Shown piece by piece: positions 13,350 to 25,778 of a DNA stretch of 64,000 bases. The stretch's first letter is position 1. Every line of letters starts with the position of its first letter. Origin of the DNA: Paraphysomonas bandaiensis (lineage: Eukaryota > Protista > Chrysophyceae); the NCBI GenBank assembly GCA_965644295.1, contig CBFFRP010000263.1:372001-436000 (forward strand). Direction: 5' to 3'. The position numbers and the translations under genes are program-made. Below the pieces are notes generated by a model. That model was not told the DNA's origin and did not search any database. It was given only the letters and a program-made list of their open reading frames with translations.

Positions 13350-16259
13350 ATGACAGATATGCTGGTTACCACACCAGAGCTCTTATGGCATGGAGGAGGT
13401 GATGGTGGTAAACCTGACCCTGTATTATCTGTCGATATATATGGCAATAACGTATTAGCTACATCTGGAATAGATGCTAATATTCCACCTAAAGGAAGTG
13501 TTCGGGTAAGCAATGACTCATATCATATGAACTGAACTGTATGATCATCATCATATATATAGTTATGGAAAATGGGAGATTGTGATGAAGATTTAAAGTT
13601 TTTGGTTGATCTTAGTGACCATCAGAGTGTTGTGAATGCAGTTCGGTTTTCTCCTTGTGGGAGAATGATTGCTTCTGCCTCTGACCGTCAAATTGTTGTA
13701 TATTATGGTTCGTTCTGCTCTTTCATTCTTACCTTTCTCTAATGTGTGTATATTCTGTTTAGTACCCGACCCAATGATGTGGGCTACTTTAAATGACCCT
13801 AAAATGGTGGAAAGAATATGGCTTCGACCATGTTTGCAAGAAATATACGACATCTGTTGGTCACCAGATAGTAAATATATAGTTGCTGGATCGATTGACT
13901 CCAAGGTATAGAGAATCATTGGGTCTTTGTGTCAATGTTACATACGATTTTATGGGTGTCGATATTAACGCACCTGTGTGTGTGTCTTTTTGTTGGGATA
14001 TACTGCCTGTCTTTATTGTTAGATACGCTTTCGTCCGCATTATTGGAACACATTTATACTACATACTTTGATCATATTTGATATAGGGTGAGATTCTACG
14101 AGCCACAGGTCGAGATTCCATACCACTTAGGGGTCACACCTCTTATGTTCAAGGCGTTGCATGGGACCCGATGAATAGCATGGTCGTGACTCAAAGCGCT
14201 GATCGATCCTGCAGAGTTATACAGGTAGGAGTGCTCTGTATAATTGTATTTTACGAATTTGTCGACCTGGGCTTGTGAAGTATGAACATCATGCACGCAC
14301 TCCACAAACACAATACCTTGTTCTACTGTAGTATTGACTTCTGCCATAGTTAAAACATCGAGGCAAGAATATGGTCAAGCTCGCTTCCAAAGGCCAGACG
14401 CTTATACGTATGACTGGATCTAGCACTTCTCAGACCGAGGATGAACAAAGCATACCAGTAACCACGGACTCTGGAGCAGTCCCAGAAGCTACCCCTTGCT
14501 CGAAGAATGCATCCGTAACTGCTGCAGGGGGGACGTTGTCACCCGCGAATCTACCAGCAAAGGCAACTAACCTTTTTGCGGATTCCAGTGTGCCATGCTT
14601 CTTCAGGTGCTGCTTGGCTTACTCTGAGCATAGTGTACAACATTTACCAGTCAACAACTGTGTTCGTGAAACTTTCTTCCGTAACCTTGATGTCGTTGCA
14701 TTGCAGGCGACCAGCATTTACTCCAGATGGATCTCTGCTAATTACTCCCACTGGCCTATTCCGTCCTTCGCAGGATGCCCCTGATTCAACTCCTTCATTT
14801 GCCACGCATATATTCCGAAGAGGTGTGCCAACAGTCTTATGACTCTGGTGTTGTAGTGCTGTGATTGCAAACAACTGTGCCCCACTGTATCTGTATATAC
14901 CCACTGTATCTGTACATATAGCAGAATGAGTGCATGTTCATTCTTATTATTCATATTTTCATACGGTTGGAGTTGTGTTTCTTTGTTCTATCTTACCTGC
15001 TGTATTATATACACAGGAGATATGCAAGCGCCTGCAGTATCATTGACTGGACTGGAAGATCCATCTGTCGCTGTTCGGTGCTCCCCAGTGTTGTACCGCC
15101 ATGTCCGGCACAGGGACGATAAAGAGGACCCAATTACTCTGTTCAAGGGGGACTACAGGTGAGGTCTTACATCCGTGCGTTAGTTCATTATATTGTAGCC
15201 CACGTGTCACTTGTTTGGCGTTGTGTTGATGCATCTGGCCGTACTGAAGCTTTGGTGTTACATGATCCTTACACTGATATCTATGCAGGATGGTATTTGC
15301 GGTGGTATCTACGTCAGCTGTATTTATATACGATACTCAGCACATTCATCCCCTAGCTCGAATCGGGGGTTGTCACCTGGCTACTATCAATGATGCTGCA
15401 TGGAGTGCGGATGGTAATACTCTCGTGTTTTGCTCTAGTGATGGCTACGTGTCGTTTGTGCGACTGGCTTTGGGCACCATAGGTATGTAACTGCTGCAAT
15501 TGCGACTTCTTTTGAACTGTGTCATTGCACTATATATTTTTATGATTGGTTGCTGTGATTGGTTACGCTTCTATATATATAGGCGAACCACTCGATTTGG
15601 CCGATGTGCCAACAGAAGTGCAGAATGCCTTTCCATCTGTGTACCTTCCTCCTATGGTTGATAAGCCTACTGAAGAGGAGCAGGTTGACATCAAGGCGGC
15701 TCCATCTGCTCCATCTAAAAGCACTACCTCATTACTTGCTTCCAGTCTGGGTAGTGCTGAGGGGGATGTACACGATGTTCCAAAGAGTACGAATAATGGG
15801 ATCAACGAATCGAGTGATAGCGATGTTGGTGAGAAACGTCCTCTGGAACAGACGACACCTAATGTCTTGAAGTCTTCTGCCTCTAGTAGTGGAAATACAG
15901 CCAGCGGTGAAAGAAAGAAGAAGCGTATTACCCCCTTTATGGTTTCTCCGTTATCGTCCTCTGCATCTACAAAGGCATTTGGAGAGGAGAAGTCTGACAC
16001 AGGTACGAATCTCTTAGCAGTAGAGGGTGCGTCATCAAGTACAGTATCTTCGACGCCAGCAGTAGTTACTAGTAGCGGTTCTGATTTGAAACTCTCCGGA
16101 AGTACGATAGACTCAACAGCAGACAATACAACGCGAGATGTACCCTCCAATGTTGTAGATACCCAGTCATCATTGCCGGCCCCTATTTCTACCAAAAAAG
16201 TAAAGAAGAGAATCGCTCCAATGCTTGTTTCATCGAACCCCTTGCCGCCACAGCCGTAA
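13350..16259 (+). CDS. CHAF1B: Chromatin assembly factor 1 subunit B (p60/Cac2/FAS2), WD40, multi-exon
   Basis: N-terminal TPELLWHG, HQSVVNAVRFSP, IYDICWSPD, HTSYVQGVAWDP, RRPAFTPDGSLLITPTG and HLATINDAAWSADG..CSSDGY motifs; C-terminal KKRI(T/A)P motifs. Confidence 0.88.
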
Positions 16260-16533
16260 TTTTTTCTATTTTTAGACCACATACTACATACTCCTCAAAC
16301 AAGAACATATTGGAACATAATCCCCAAGAAGAGGTTTACCGTGCGTGCGTTGTTATGATTGCTAGTAATGTTAAACAATCGATAACTATGAATGAAATAA
16401 TTGTGGCGTGAACTGTGTGTTGTGATGAGTAATAATAGTTGCTATAATTATATTATCGTCGGTGAGTATTTCTAGCAGCCCTGAAAGCAGTTGAAAGTTG
16501 GAGCATATTCGGTTGTTTGAGAGAAATATTTTC

Positions 16534-16649
16534 GTAGTAATGAATGTCTTATTATTAGCAAATTAAGAGTCAGTGCTTAACTCTGATATCCTGCTATTGA
16601 ACGCTACGAAAGCTGCTTGTGAGTCACCACAAGCACCAAGGTGCAACCA
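16534..16649. repeat. Dispersed hairpin-forming repeat, copy 1 (core 16600-16649)
   Basis: AACGCTACGAAAGCTGCTTGTGAGTCACCACAAGCACCAAGGTGCAACCA is near-identical to 57721-57770 and 59776-59823; patchy upstream similarity to 57590-57720. Confidence 0.8.
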
Positions 16650-16746
16650 AAGACTAATCCAATCAAGTGCTATCATGAGATCGAGGTTGAAGTATCGTCA
16701 AAAGCTGTAAGACTTTTTCATATAGTAGTATATAGTATATAAGTGT

Positions 16747-16965
16747 ATCATCGGTGGGCCATATTAGGTACCTACCTGTAGGTATTCCTAGCGACCTTAC
16801 CTATAGGTAGGTGCCTATGTCTCACCACCTATAGGTACCATAAAATCATACCTACAGGTACTAGACAAGTTCCTAATAGGTACCAGGAGATTTAATTAAT
16901 AAAGTACCTATAGGTCTCCTATAGGTACCTACCTATAGGTACTTTCTCTGAGGTCCACCGATGAT
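16747..16965. mobile_element. ~220-bp MITE-like element filled with ACCTATAGGT palindromes
   Basis: TIR ATCATCGGTGGGCC / GGTCCACCGATGAT (13/14 match); many ACCT(A/G)(T/C)AGGT and AGGTACCT motifs inside. Confidence 0.7.
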
Positions 16966-17370
16966 GTTATATCATTGAAAATTTTAAGGTGTATCTCGTA
17001 TTCGTGGAGAAGTAGCAGATTTCATGTTGACGATACCATACGATGCTTATCGAAACACTACTTAACTCAAAATAGTAGCTATATAATTAAGGTAAAGTGC
17101 GTTTCTTAAATTCTATGCTAGCTGAAAACCCTTGTTACCGATGTGTCAAAAGGTAACGCATATAACTATTCTGTGAACCTGTGCGATTTACACTGCGCGA
17201 AAGTTTGCTCTAGATATATAGCATGCTCGAAAGTTAAGGATGTCAAAAATTAGTTAGTTCACAACTAACTACAATACTTAGACCTAGCAGTTCGTACGGC
17301 ATGTAGCCAAACGCATGCAATAAATGGTACACCATAGGTCACCACATGATACGTAATCCTCATGCACTCT

Positions 17371-18918
17371 TTACTTCGAGGTATCAAGCCCTCTGGAATC
17401 AGGAGAGATATCATCGACTGGCCGTCTCTCATAGTGCCTCTCATAGTCAGCAGTGACGTGAGTAAGATAATAAGCACCCTTATTGACACACGTGATTGGG
17501 TATGTTGGGGTGTATGGCGCTTTTGCATGAGCGACTTCTCTAGCCGCCAGGGCAGACTCAAACTCATCCGGTGTGAATGACTGGCCTCGCTGTTGAAGTC
17601 TCTCGTCGATACGCAGGATATTCTGCATGCGATGAATAGTAAAGTTGTGTTTCTGTTCAGCTGATGAGGGAACACGAGGAATGATCTCAAACATGGATGC
17701 CATCGCTCCAGAACCGTAAGAAAACAAAGTGACGGTTTTGCCGACAAGCGAGTCCCCAAACGATGAGACGAGATTGGCGAGATTGAGGTAAACTGCTGCG
17801 GTATACGTGTTTCCTACTTCCTTAGACAGCACACATGAGGGAGCCACTTTAGTTTGGTACAGCTCGTCAGCGAGGTTCTTTAGAGCTCCCTCCAGATTAC
17901 GATCGGTATATGTTTGATCGAGCGGGACGGTAGACCACTTCTCCAGAGATGGAGAAAGTGGAATGTGGCCTGAGCGCGAATCGAGGAAGTACATACGCTG
18001 AACAGTCTTCTGGACTAGCTTATTATAAGGAGAGTGGAAAAGCATATGGTCAAATGTACGGGAGCCCATGGTTCGATTACGGAGGCGTTTCTGCTTCTCC
18101 ACAAAACGGGTGTAGCAGCTATCAAATGCGGTCAAATAACACTTCTGCGAAAACTTGCCATTCACAACAGGGTACTCAGAGTGAGGATTCGGCTTGAAGA
18201 AATCCCACTGGTGGGTGGCATGCGTTGTTCGAGTGAGCAGATCAATTTCAAGAGGAGCATCGCGACCAACCAACATAGCAACTGCACCGCAACCACATGT
18301 GGGACGCGCAGGGCCGGCAGCATATACCGCAATATCAGCTGCGACAACAATGGCATATCGACCATCCCAGGAAGCACTATCACACCATGCTAGAGCGTTG
18401 AGAAGGGCTGCAGTTCCACCGTAGCATGCATTAATTACTGTGCATCCTTCAATGTCCACATTACCAGCACTTGCAAACAAATCCATTAACACAGTCTTGG
18501 TTGATTTGCTTTTGTCAATCAGTGACTCAGTGCCTATTTCCAACCTTCCAATTTTATCCAATGGGATATTATATTTTTCTAGCAAATTTACAACCACAGT
18601 AAGGGCAATTGAATTAATATCTTCTCGATCTCCAACAAATGCCAAGTTATCTTGTCCAAGACCAAGTGTATACTTGCCAGGTGTGACCTTATCTGCTGTC
18701 TCAAGATCTTTTTGAGATACATGAGCATTAGGAAAATATACTTCCATGCCAAGAATACCAACATGATTACTATTGTCTGCTTTAGACTCTGTGTTTGATG
18801 CTTGATCTTCTTGTTGGGTTAATAGATTGTGTTTCCCCAGCATATACATGATCCCTGCAGCTCCTAATGCAATAGCTGCACCACTTGTTAATATCTTACA
18901 GTTCATATTATCACACAT
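17371..18918 (-). CDS. HMGS: Hydroxymethylglutaryl-CoA synthase with ~50-aa N-terminal extension
   Basis: VGILGMEVYFP, EIGTES, catalytic INACYGGTAAL, FHSPY, GNTYTA and FSYGSG motifs; single 515-aa ORF. Confidence 0.96.
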   Translation of the reverse strand: MCDNMNCKILTSGAAIALGAAGIMYMLGKHNLLTQQEDQASNTESKADNSNHVGILGMEVYFPNAHVSQKDLETADKVTPGKYTLGLGQDNLAFVGDREDINSIALTVVVNLLEKYNIPLDKIGRLEIGTESLIDKSKSTKTVLMDLFASAGNVDIEGCTVINACYGGTAALLNALAWCDSASWDGRYAIVVAADIAVYAAGPARPTCGCGAVAMLVGRDAPLEIDLLTRTTHATHQWDFFKPNPHSEYPVVNGKFSQKCYLTAFDSCYTRFVEKQKRLRNRTMGSRTFDHMLFHSPYNKLVQKTVQRMYFLDSRSGHIPLSPSLEKWSTVPLDQTYTDRNLEGALKNLADELYQTKVAPSCVLSKEVGNTYTAAVYLNLANLVSSFGDSLVGKTVTLFSYGSGAMASMFEIIPRVPSSAEQKHNFTIHRMQNILRIDERLQQRGQSFTPDEFESALAAREVAHAKAPYTPTYPITCVNKGAYYLTHVTADYERHYERRPVDDISPDSRGLDTSK

Positions 18919-19420
18919 ATTCGTGGATATAATATAATTGTATGATAGTATTGTTGTGATGTAATTGATAGGAGCAGATATATATATATGTGTGTCTGTT
19001 GCTGTATGTGGTGTGGTATGTATGTATGTATGGACGTATGTATGCTATGGATCTGCTATACAGTATATGTATATGTATACCATATAAATGTATATGAATG
19101 TGTTGGGATCACCACACATACATACCTCCCAAACTGCTGAGTATGCTGTCAAAGTTGCTCTGTAGATACCAGTATACAGAGTATACCGTATACCATATAT
19201 ATGATCTGGAATGTTTTGGTTTGAATTTGAAGTGGATCAAATGAGTATGTATATACAGTCCAGAACTACAAGTACTACATCCACTTATACATACATTCAT
19301 ATATATGAACTTTTGTGTAGATGCTTGTATGGATTAGCTATAGATTATATAGACTATATGCAGCATAAGAACATAGTTACGAAGAGTATTTTCAATTCTC
19401 TAATCAACCAATTGATATAA

Positions 19421-20022
19421 ATGACAGACTATATCTCATCTTTATTGGCAAGATATCAGAGAGAGCTTGCTGAAAGACCTCTTCGAACTAAAGCATTAAC
19501 ATCTTGTGGGGTTGCTGTTTTAGGTTTGTAGTTTATATTATTATTTAAGAATTAATTGTAATATATATGATAGGTGAAGGTATTGGAGTATGTATACGAC
19601 GTAAACAGTCATGCAATCCAGAGCGTCTTAAAGAAATTATGAAGAAAATTGCGGTGATCGGAATGTATGGACTGTTAGTGACTGGTCCATTATTTCACTG
19701 GTGGTACGCTAAGCTAGAAACATTGACAAGAAATGTCCCTCAGAAATATAAGCTTATAGTGAAGCTACTTCTTGATCGAGTTGTGTTCACGCCGCCATTT
19801 TTAGTTGTAACGTTGATGTACCGCCTTGCGTTCGAGGACAGTACTTTCTCTGAGAAAGTACAATCTTTAAAGCGTATATTTTTATCAGTATTGCTGATGA
19901 ACTGGAAGGTGTGGACGGTTATTCAGACTATTAATCTCACATATGTTCCTTTGGAATTGCGGTCAATCTTCGGTAATGTTTGTGCGTGCGCTTGGAACAC
20001 ATATCTTGCAGTATTTGCCTAA
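19421..20022 (+). CDS. Mpv17/PMP22 family membrane protein (2 exons)
   Basis: Exon 1 MTDYISS..RPLRTKALTS; exon 2 GPLFHWWY, KLLLDRVVFTP, NWKVW, YVPLELR and WNTYL. Confidence 0.92.
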
Positions 20023-20465
20023 ACAATTAAACGAATTATTTCAAATCACAAAAAACTTGGCAATTTTCTATTGTGAATGTGGATACATTTTTTCCCATAC
20101 TGTTTATGAGCTCTTGCTGTGAAGTGCATCCCGATATGAACAAGAATGTACACAAAACTCACATTCACATTACGTGCTTGTATACATTTTACCTCATCTC
20201 GTGCTATTTACAGAACATTAATGAAGTATAAAACATAGGTGTGTCCCCCTATTGGGCATGAACAGTAGTTAATGTACTAAGCTGTAGTGAACTAGTATAG
20301 GCACAAATCGTAGCTGTGGATATACTACATAGGAAATGACGACTACAAACGTACGTACTTATTAGTTCGTCCGCACGTAAGACACATTGGGTAGATCAAA
20401 TGCACTTCAGTAAATTAAACACAGAGAAAATATTAACAGAGTTTTGTATAAAGCATGAAACAGAA

Positions 20466-21636
20466 CTAGATGATATCCGAAAACGACTCTTCCTGCACGA
20501 AATTACCGTATTTTATTCTAGAAAATACACTTTCTGGAGTCAGCATATGCCGCACATTTGTCCAGTTCACATGCATAAATTGAGTATCATACATACTATC
20601 GAGCAAAGATATGCTCAGTTTATCCCACGACGGTAAGATGAGTATGGGAAATCCCATCTGCTTCAAATCTCTATACGCCGGTGCATCTGTGACGACAGGA
20701 ATAGTTCCCACTAACCAGCACTCGTATGGTTTCGATGATTGAACACCTATTACATGACCTGCAGCTTAGATACATGTTGTACAATATATACCAGCACAAC
20801 ATACCAGTTCCATGAGGGGCAAGAAAGTACTTGCAGTGACTAAGTTCGTTCCAGTACTCAACTGTTCCCCAGTGCGATCGATTTACAACATCCGGATGAC
20901 TGTGAACGTATCGAGCAAGTGCAGCCCGATCTGAAACTACTCCCTCAAGACTATTGAATGCTCCCCACGCAGCACATACACGACGGCGGGGGGGATTTTC
21001 CGGTTTGGATCGCCGAGCCGCATCTCGAATGACAGACTCGATAGCTTCTTCTCCCGCCACCACGATATAATGGGAATTTAAGCCCACTGGAAGAGAAGAC
21101 ACGTGTACATTAGGGTACCCATTACTTTCAGGCTCTATGTTTTTCGCTTCATACCAGATCAAAGAAAATTTCTCGCTAAGTAAGTTCAAAACCTTCAACC
21201 AACTTGGGTAGCGATCCGCTCCTGGTACACCACTCAAATGTGTATCCGATCCAGCCAACACTAAACTTCGACGTTCACCTGCTTGCAATGCTGGTAACTG
21301 CATAACTTTATGAATTCTAGATAAATTTCTCGGAAGATTATGAATATTGTTAATCAACACTGTTCGTGGAGTTTCAGTTCGATATATATATACATCACTA
21401 GTAGGGGATGTATCTTTAGTGTTCCATATTACCCAATCAAATAAACTGAATATACGTGGCATGCGTTCAATGATATCGAGTTGTGTGTTGGTTAGGTTAC
21501 GTCTCCATGCAGGATGATAAGGCTTATAGCGGAAATTAACAACTCTATCAATGAATGAGAGATCATATGACTGAGTCTCTATACCCATGCATATTGTAGT
21601 AGCGTATGTAAGCAATAGTATAACTAACTTCGACAT
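20466..21636 (-). CDS. Secreted or type II exostosin (GT47)-like glycosyltransferase domain protein
   Basis: Hydrophobic N-terminus MSKLVILLL; C-terminal KYFLAPHGTG | (intron) SSKPYECWLVGTIPVV resembles the GT47 F.L.P.G.G..R.EA..G.IPV motif. Confidence 0.65.
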
Positions 21637-22990
21637 GTGGAGTTTAATGGATGTGCATAGAGTGTATATACATGTATGTACATTGAACACTCGGAATTTT
21701 TAAGGGCTTGACAAATAGTAAAGGCTGGGATTTTATGGTACAGGAGTGCCTTTCTTCACAGCATAATGCCGCTTTTTGTTTTTTTCAATGCTTAAAATGC
21801 CGATTTCTTGAAATCTTGAAATATAATCATGTTGAGGTATTCCTACTGCTCCTAGCTAGCTTTACATGGTCACAAGTAGATAGCAGCCAGTATAGCAGGT
21901 GACTGCATGGACGCCTATTGCACCAGGTTGCGTTATAAATGAAACTCATGGTAATCATAGACATCCCATACTCAACTAAGTTGCTCAAACTCAAGTACTC
22001 TGCATGTCAATGGTAATGGACGGGGGTATGGTCATGTATGGGGGATAACTCCGTGTTCATGGAAGCGGAGGATATAGACCCCATCAATTTGCGAATCAAA
22101 TATAATCTTGCAACACATGCAAGTGCAGAGTATAGATGAGGGAATCTATTCAACTGCTGATCTATATGATATGCAGAGTGCGAGATTTGATTGGATTGGA
22201 CCTCAGTGGTGGTGTATGCTTGATAGAAATCAACTCTCTATAAGCGTAAAGGTGAGTGTGAAGAGCTTACAAACTTGGGAGATCTGGAAGGAATATCGGT
22301 TTAGCCTCATAAGAACTCAGCACGCAGAGTTCAAAGTTACACTACTGTAAAGCATTCAGACATTCAGACCGACGGCTCTGTCACGACTCCACTTGTTATA
22401 CATCAGGAAGGGATAAGAACTATGAGCGAGAGCATATTTTTATTATAGACCCATAATTAGTAATATTTTTAATAATTAATATTATTCAACCTGATGTATT
22501 TCTAACGTCTAGTACCTATAAATTAGTTCTAGATATCCCATACATTGGATCACAGAACGTGTTGTACAATGATAGAAATATGGAAACTAATGTTTTCAAT
22601 GCTTGATGTGTGCTCTCTTCAACATTGATTAGTAGAATATACTATATATCATGTTGGAGATTAGAAGACTACTCTCTCTTTATTTTGTGATTGAGAAATT
22701 TCACTATCTAATATCTAAATGTCCCCTAGAAATTATCACCACCATAGGTATGAGGTACAATGCATAGGGCTATGCAGTGTATCTAATTATCATACTTGCT
22801 CACTCGATGTAAGAGAGCTAGGCTTTCAACTATCTGAATTTTATAATAAAGAGAAGTTGAAAGACCTTGTTGCAATACAGGAATTCTCAGTGATGAACAG
22901 AATATATCACTTATTTAACAAATAATGTCATGCGAGATATACACAACTTATGCTAAATGCAAAGACGAAAACAAATGAGGCAATCAATCA

Positions 22991-24430
22991 TCAGTCATTC
23001 AATGCAAGCTGTAGTTTCTCAACAACAGCTGGAATAGTTTTCAAACACATACTGTTGATCGAAAGTCGCGTTTCTTCCAACTCATTTTCACACCATCCAC
23101 CTACACCAGTCATGCCTTCAATGTGGACTCCATTTGGTACCTGACACACATAAATCACGCTGACTTACTATAATCTACATCATTCGCAAGTGTGCTACAA
23201 TATATTTCACAATATAGGTACATCTATAAGTTTCGTACATGAGAATAGCACTCGTGAACTCGTAGCTTTGCCGTGACTCCGTTACGGAAAGTCAACTCCA
23301 TCTTCCTACAGTCTTGAATATCCACGCGTACTAGACAGCTTCTCCTGAGAGCCTTGACGTGTTCTTTCAAAGTCTCTAGTGAAGCGGAATGTGCGCAAAG
23401 AACAAACGCTGCGTGGCGTACGTCCTGTGGAGGGTCAAGTTGTGCGCAGTCGCAAAGTAGTCGAGCTGTGTCTAGCCCTTCCGGGGGATTCGATGACTAC
23501 GTCATTATTACATAAACAGCAGCAACTAATAATGAAACGCATTCTAGTATACCTGTATACTGATAAGCTTGTTGCAAGAGTCCAACTCAAGGGTATGTCG
23601 CTCCTTTCCAACTACCAGTCCAACGACCACTCCATCACCTATACAATACCTATTAGCAGGGCAATTACAGAGTTTGGTCTGTATGTGTACCTGAGTCCGT
23701 CCAATTCGTGGACTCTAATTGAAGACCAAACATAGACTCGAGACCAGATAAGACTTCAGTAAGACTGCACAAACATCATTTAACACTAAGCATCAGCTAC
23801 AATTATGATCTCACTTTGCGCTCCTCTCCTGAAGTGACACCAACACCTCTTTACTTTTATCACTACTTGCATTATTCGACACCGTGGCAACAGATGGCAT
23901 TGAATTCAGCTCTTGTGTAGTTTTTTCTTTCAGACTTATGAGATCAGCCATCTCGTTTTCTAGATTGGATTGTTCTTGATCGTAATGAGAGACCATATTC
24001 TCCAACTCAGCCAACTCAGCTTGCATTTCGGCTAGTTTCGTAGATTTATCCTGATCAGAGAGTAGAGGTTGTGGTGATGGCTTTTCGAACTCAATTGCAT
24101 CTCTTTTCTCGAGCTCTATAGAGATATATGATGTAATATTCCATACAGTGATTACATATATATACATATAATACCTGTGCGATATTCAAATATTTCATTG
24201 AGTAATACTCTTGCTGCATCTTCAAATTGTTCATCTAATTCTTTATTTGATTTTAATTCTTCATTATCAAAATTTGTATTATTTGGTTGATTTATAAGAC
24301 TGTCAATCACAGAGCCTGCTGTGTGCATAGAGAGGTACTTGTTACTTGCATTATCATATGAATGTAATACATCTCCAAGATCTTGAAAGGAATGAATAGT
24401 ACATGATTCAATCATATCAGTTGATGACAT
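22991..24430 (-). CDS. Hypothetical multi-exon protein: coiled coil plus globular C-terminal region
   Basis: ORFs 24152-24430 and 23811-24167 plus short exons with GT-AG junctions that splice in frame to ..VVEKLQLALND* at 22991. Confidence 0.65.
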
Positions 24431-25778
24431 AGTTTAATACTTATGAGATTTAAGGATGTGGTGAGTTAATGTATATGGTGTGATAGACGTGCTCTCTCTA
24501 TATATACACAGCAGTGATATGAGGGAGATGATAGCTGTTAACAACTATATCCCTTATGTATGAAAATCCCGCTTATCAACACACTAAAACAGAACCAAAA
24601 TCTTCAACGTTCACTTTTCTGTGTTTTTTTTTTTTTTTAACTTCATCTGACTTCCTCTTTTTTCAACCACTTCGTACTTTACGGTATTATACCTATACCA
24701 GTGGTATACCGTATACCTGGGTACGTATGATCACACTCATAGTAGCTCTAGGTACCGTATGTGGATGGTGTACTGCTGTACTATACACCACAGCAGTACA
24801 CTGCATATGTATATATGTATAGGGTTGTCTTGTAGCTCAAGATCTTATCCAATCAAATCGGCTCATTGGTGAACAAAGGATTCTATTGCATATATATACA
24901 TACATATAGAGCACATAAGTAACTGGAATTATATCAGTCATGTATCAAATTGCGTTCTCCTGCCTGTCAACCTGTCAACTGAAAACGGTGTTTAAAACTA
25001 ATGGGTCATTCATCATCAATCCTCGACCATATGATTCTAACGGGGATCCACTGCTCTTATAATTAGGACCCATCTATGGCTCCATATGAACAACAGCATA
25101 GCAATTGATGTCAACAATAGTATCTAATCTAGAGTTTAAATCAACTTTATTGGAGACTGAAGAGTTATTGATGTGTTAAAGACGGCCTATATGAATTGTG
25201 TAGCATACAACACGATACATCATATTCATAGTTACCATTCATAGATATCAATATCCATTTAAAGGAATGTTGATAGAGATTTCACACCTCCATGTTACCA
25301 TAGTGTCACAATTACATACAAGTTGTGGTAGAGATTTATTCTATATCTAGCTATATTTAGTAAAAAGAGAAGTAAGCTATACCCAGCCCCAGATTGGAAA
25401 GAAATAACAAATACAGACTTCCATTGACTCTGTACCTTCTCACAAAATTCTGTTGGTCTCTCATAAATCGTAATTCTATTACTTTCCAAAGCAGTGAGAT
25501 ACATATTGCCGTCACAAACTGTCCACTATTCTTTCTAATGAAAGCGAAACAAGCCCTTGTGTTCCTGTGAAAAGAGCATCACGCACGTTTTCCAGTAGTT
25601 GAATGTGTCTAGCAATGATCACAAGCCAATATTGTACTCGACAGTAACTACGATATAATTACAGAAAATTTACTCTTCGCACTACAACTACATTGATGTT
25701 TGATAGAGCTTAAATACCACCACAAAATTCACTGCCACAACAATCACATACAAATACATGCAGTAAATTCTAGCTTTG

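Noticed and set aside
15563-16282. Long antisense ORFs over CHAF1B, HMGS and the 804-aa gene
   Set aside because: Shadow frames of well-supported genes on the opposite strand.
16580-16649. Hammerhead ribozyme in the dispersed hairpin repeat (CGAAA present)
   Set aside because: No conserved CUGANGA core in any of the three copies.
21900-22400. Possible decayed coding fragments (also 9550-10300 and 24940-25280)
   Set aside because: Multiple stops in all frames examined and no motif I could recognise; needs tBLASTx.
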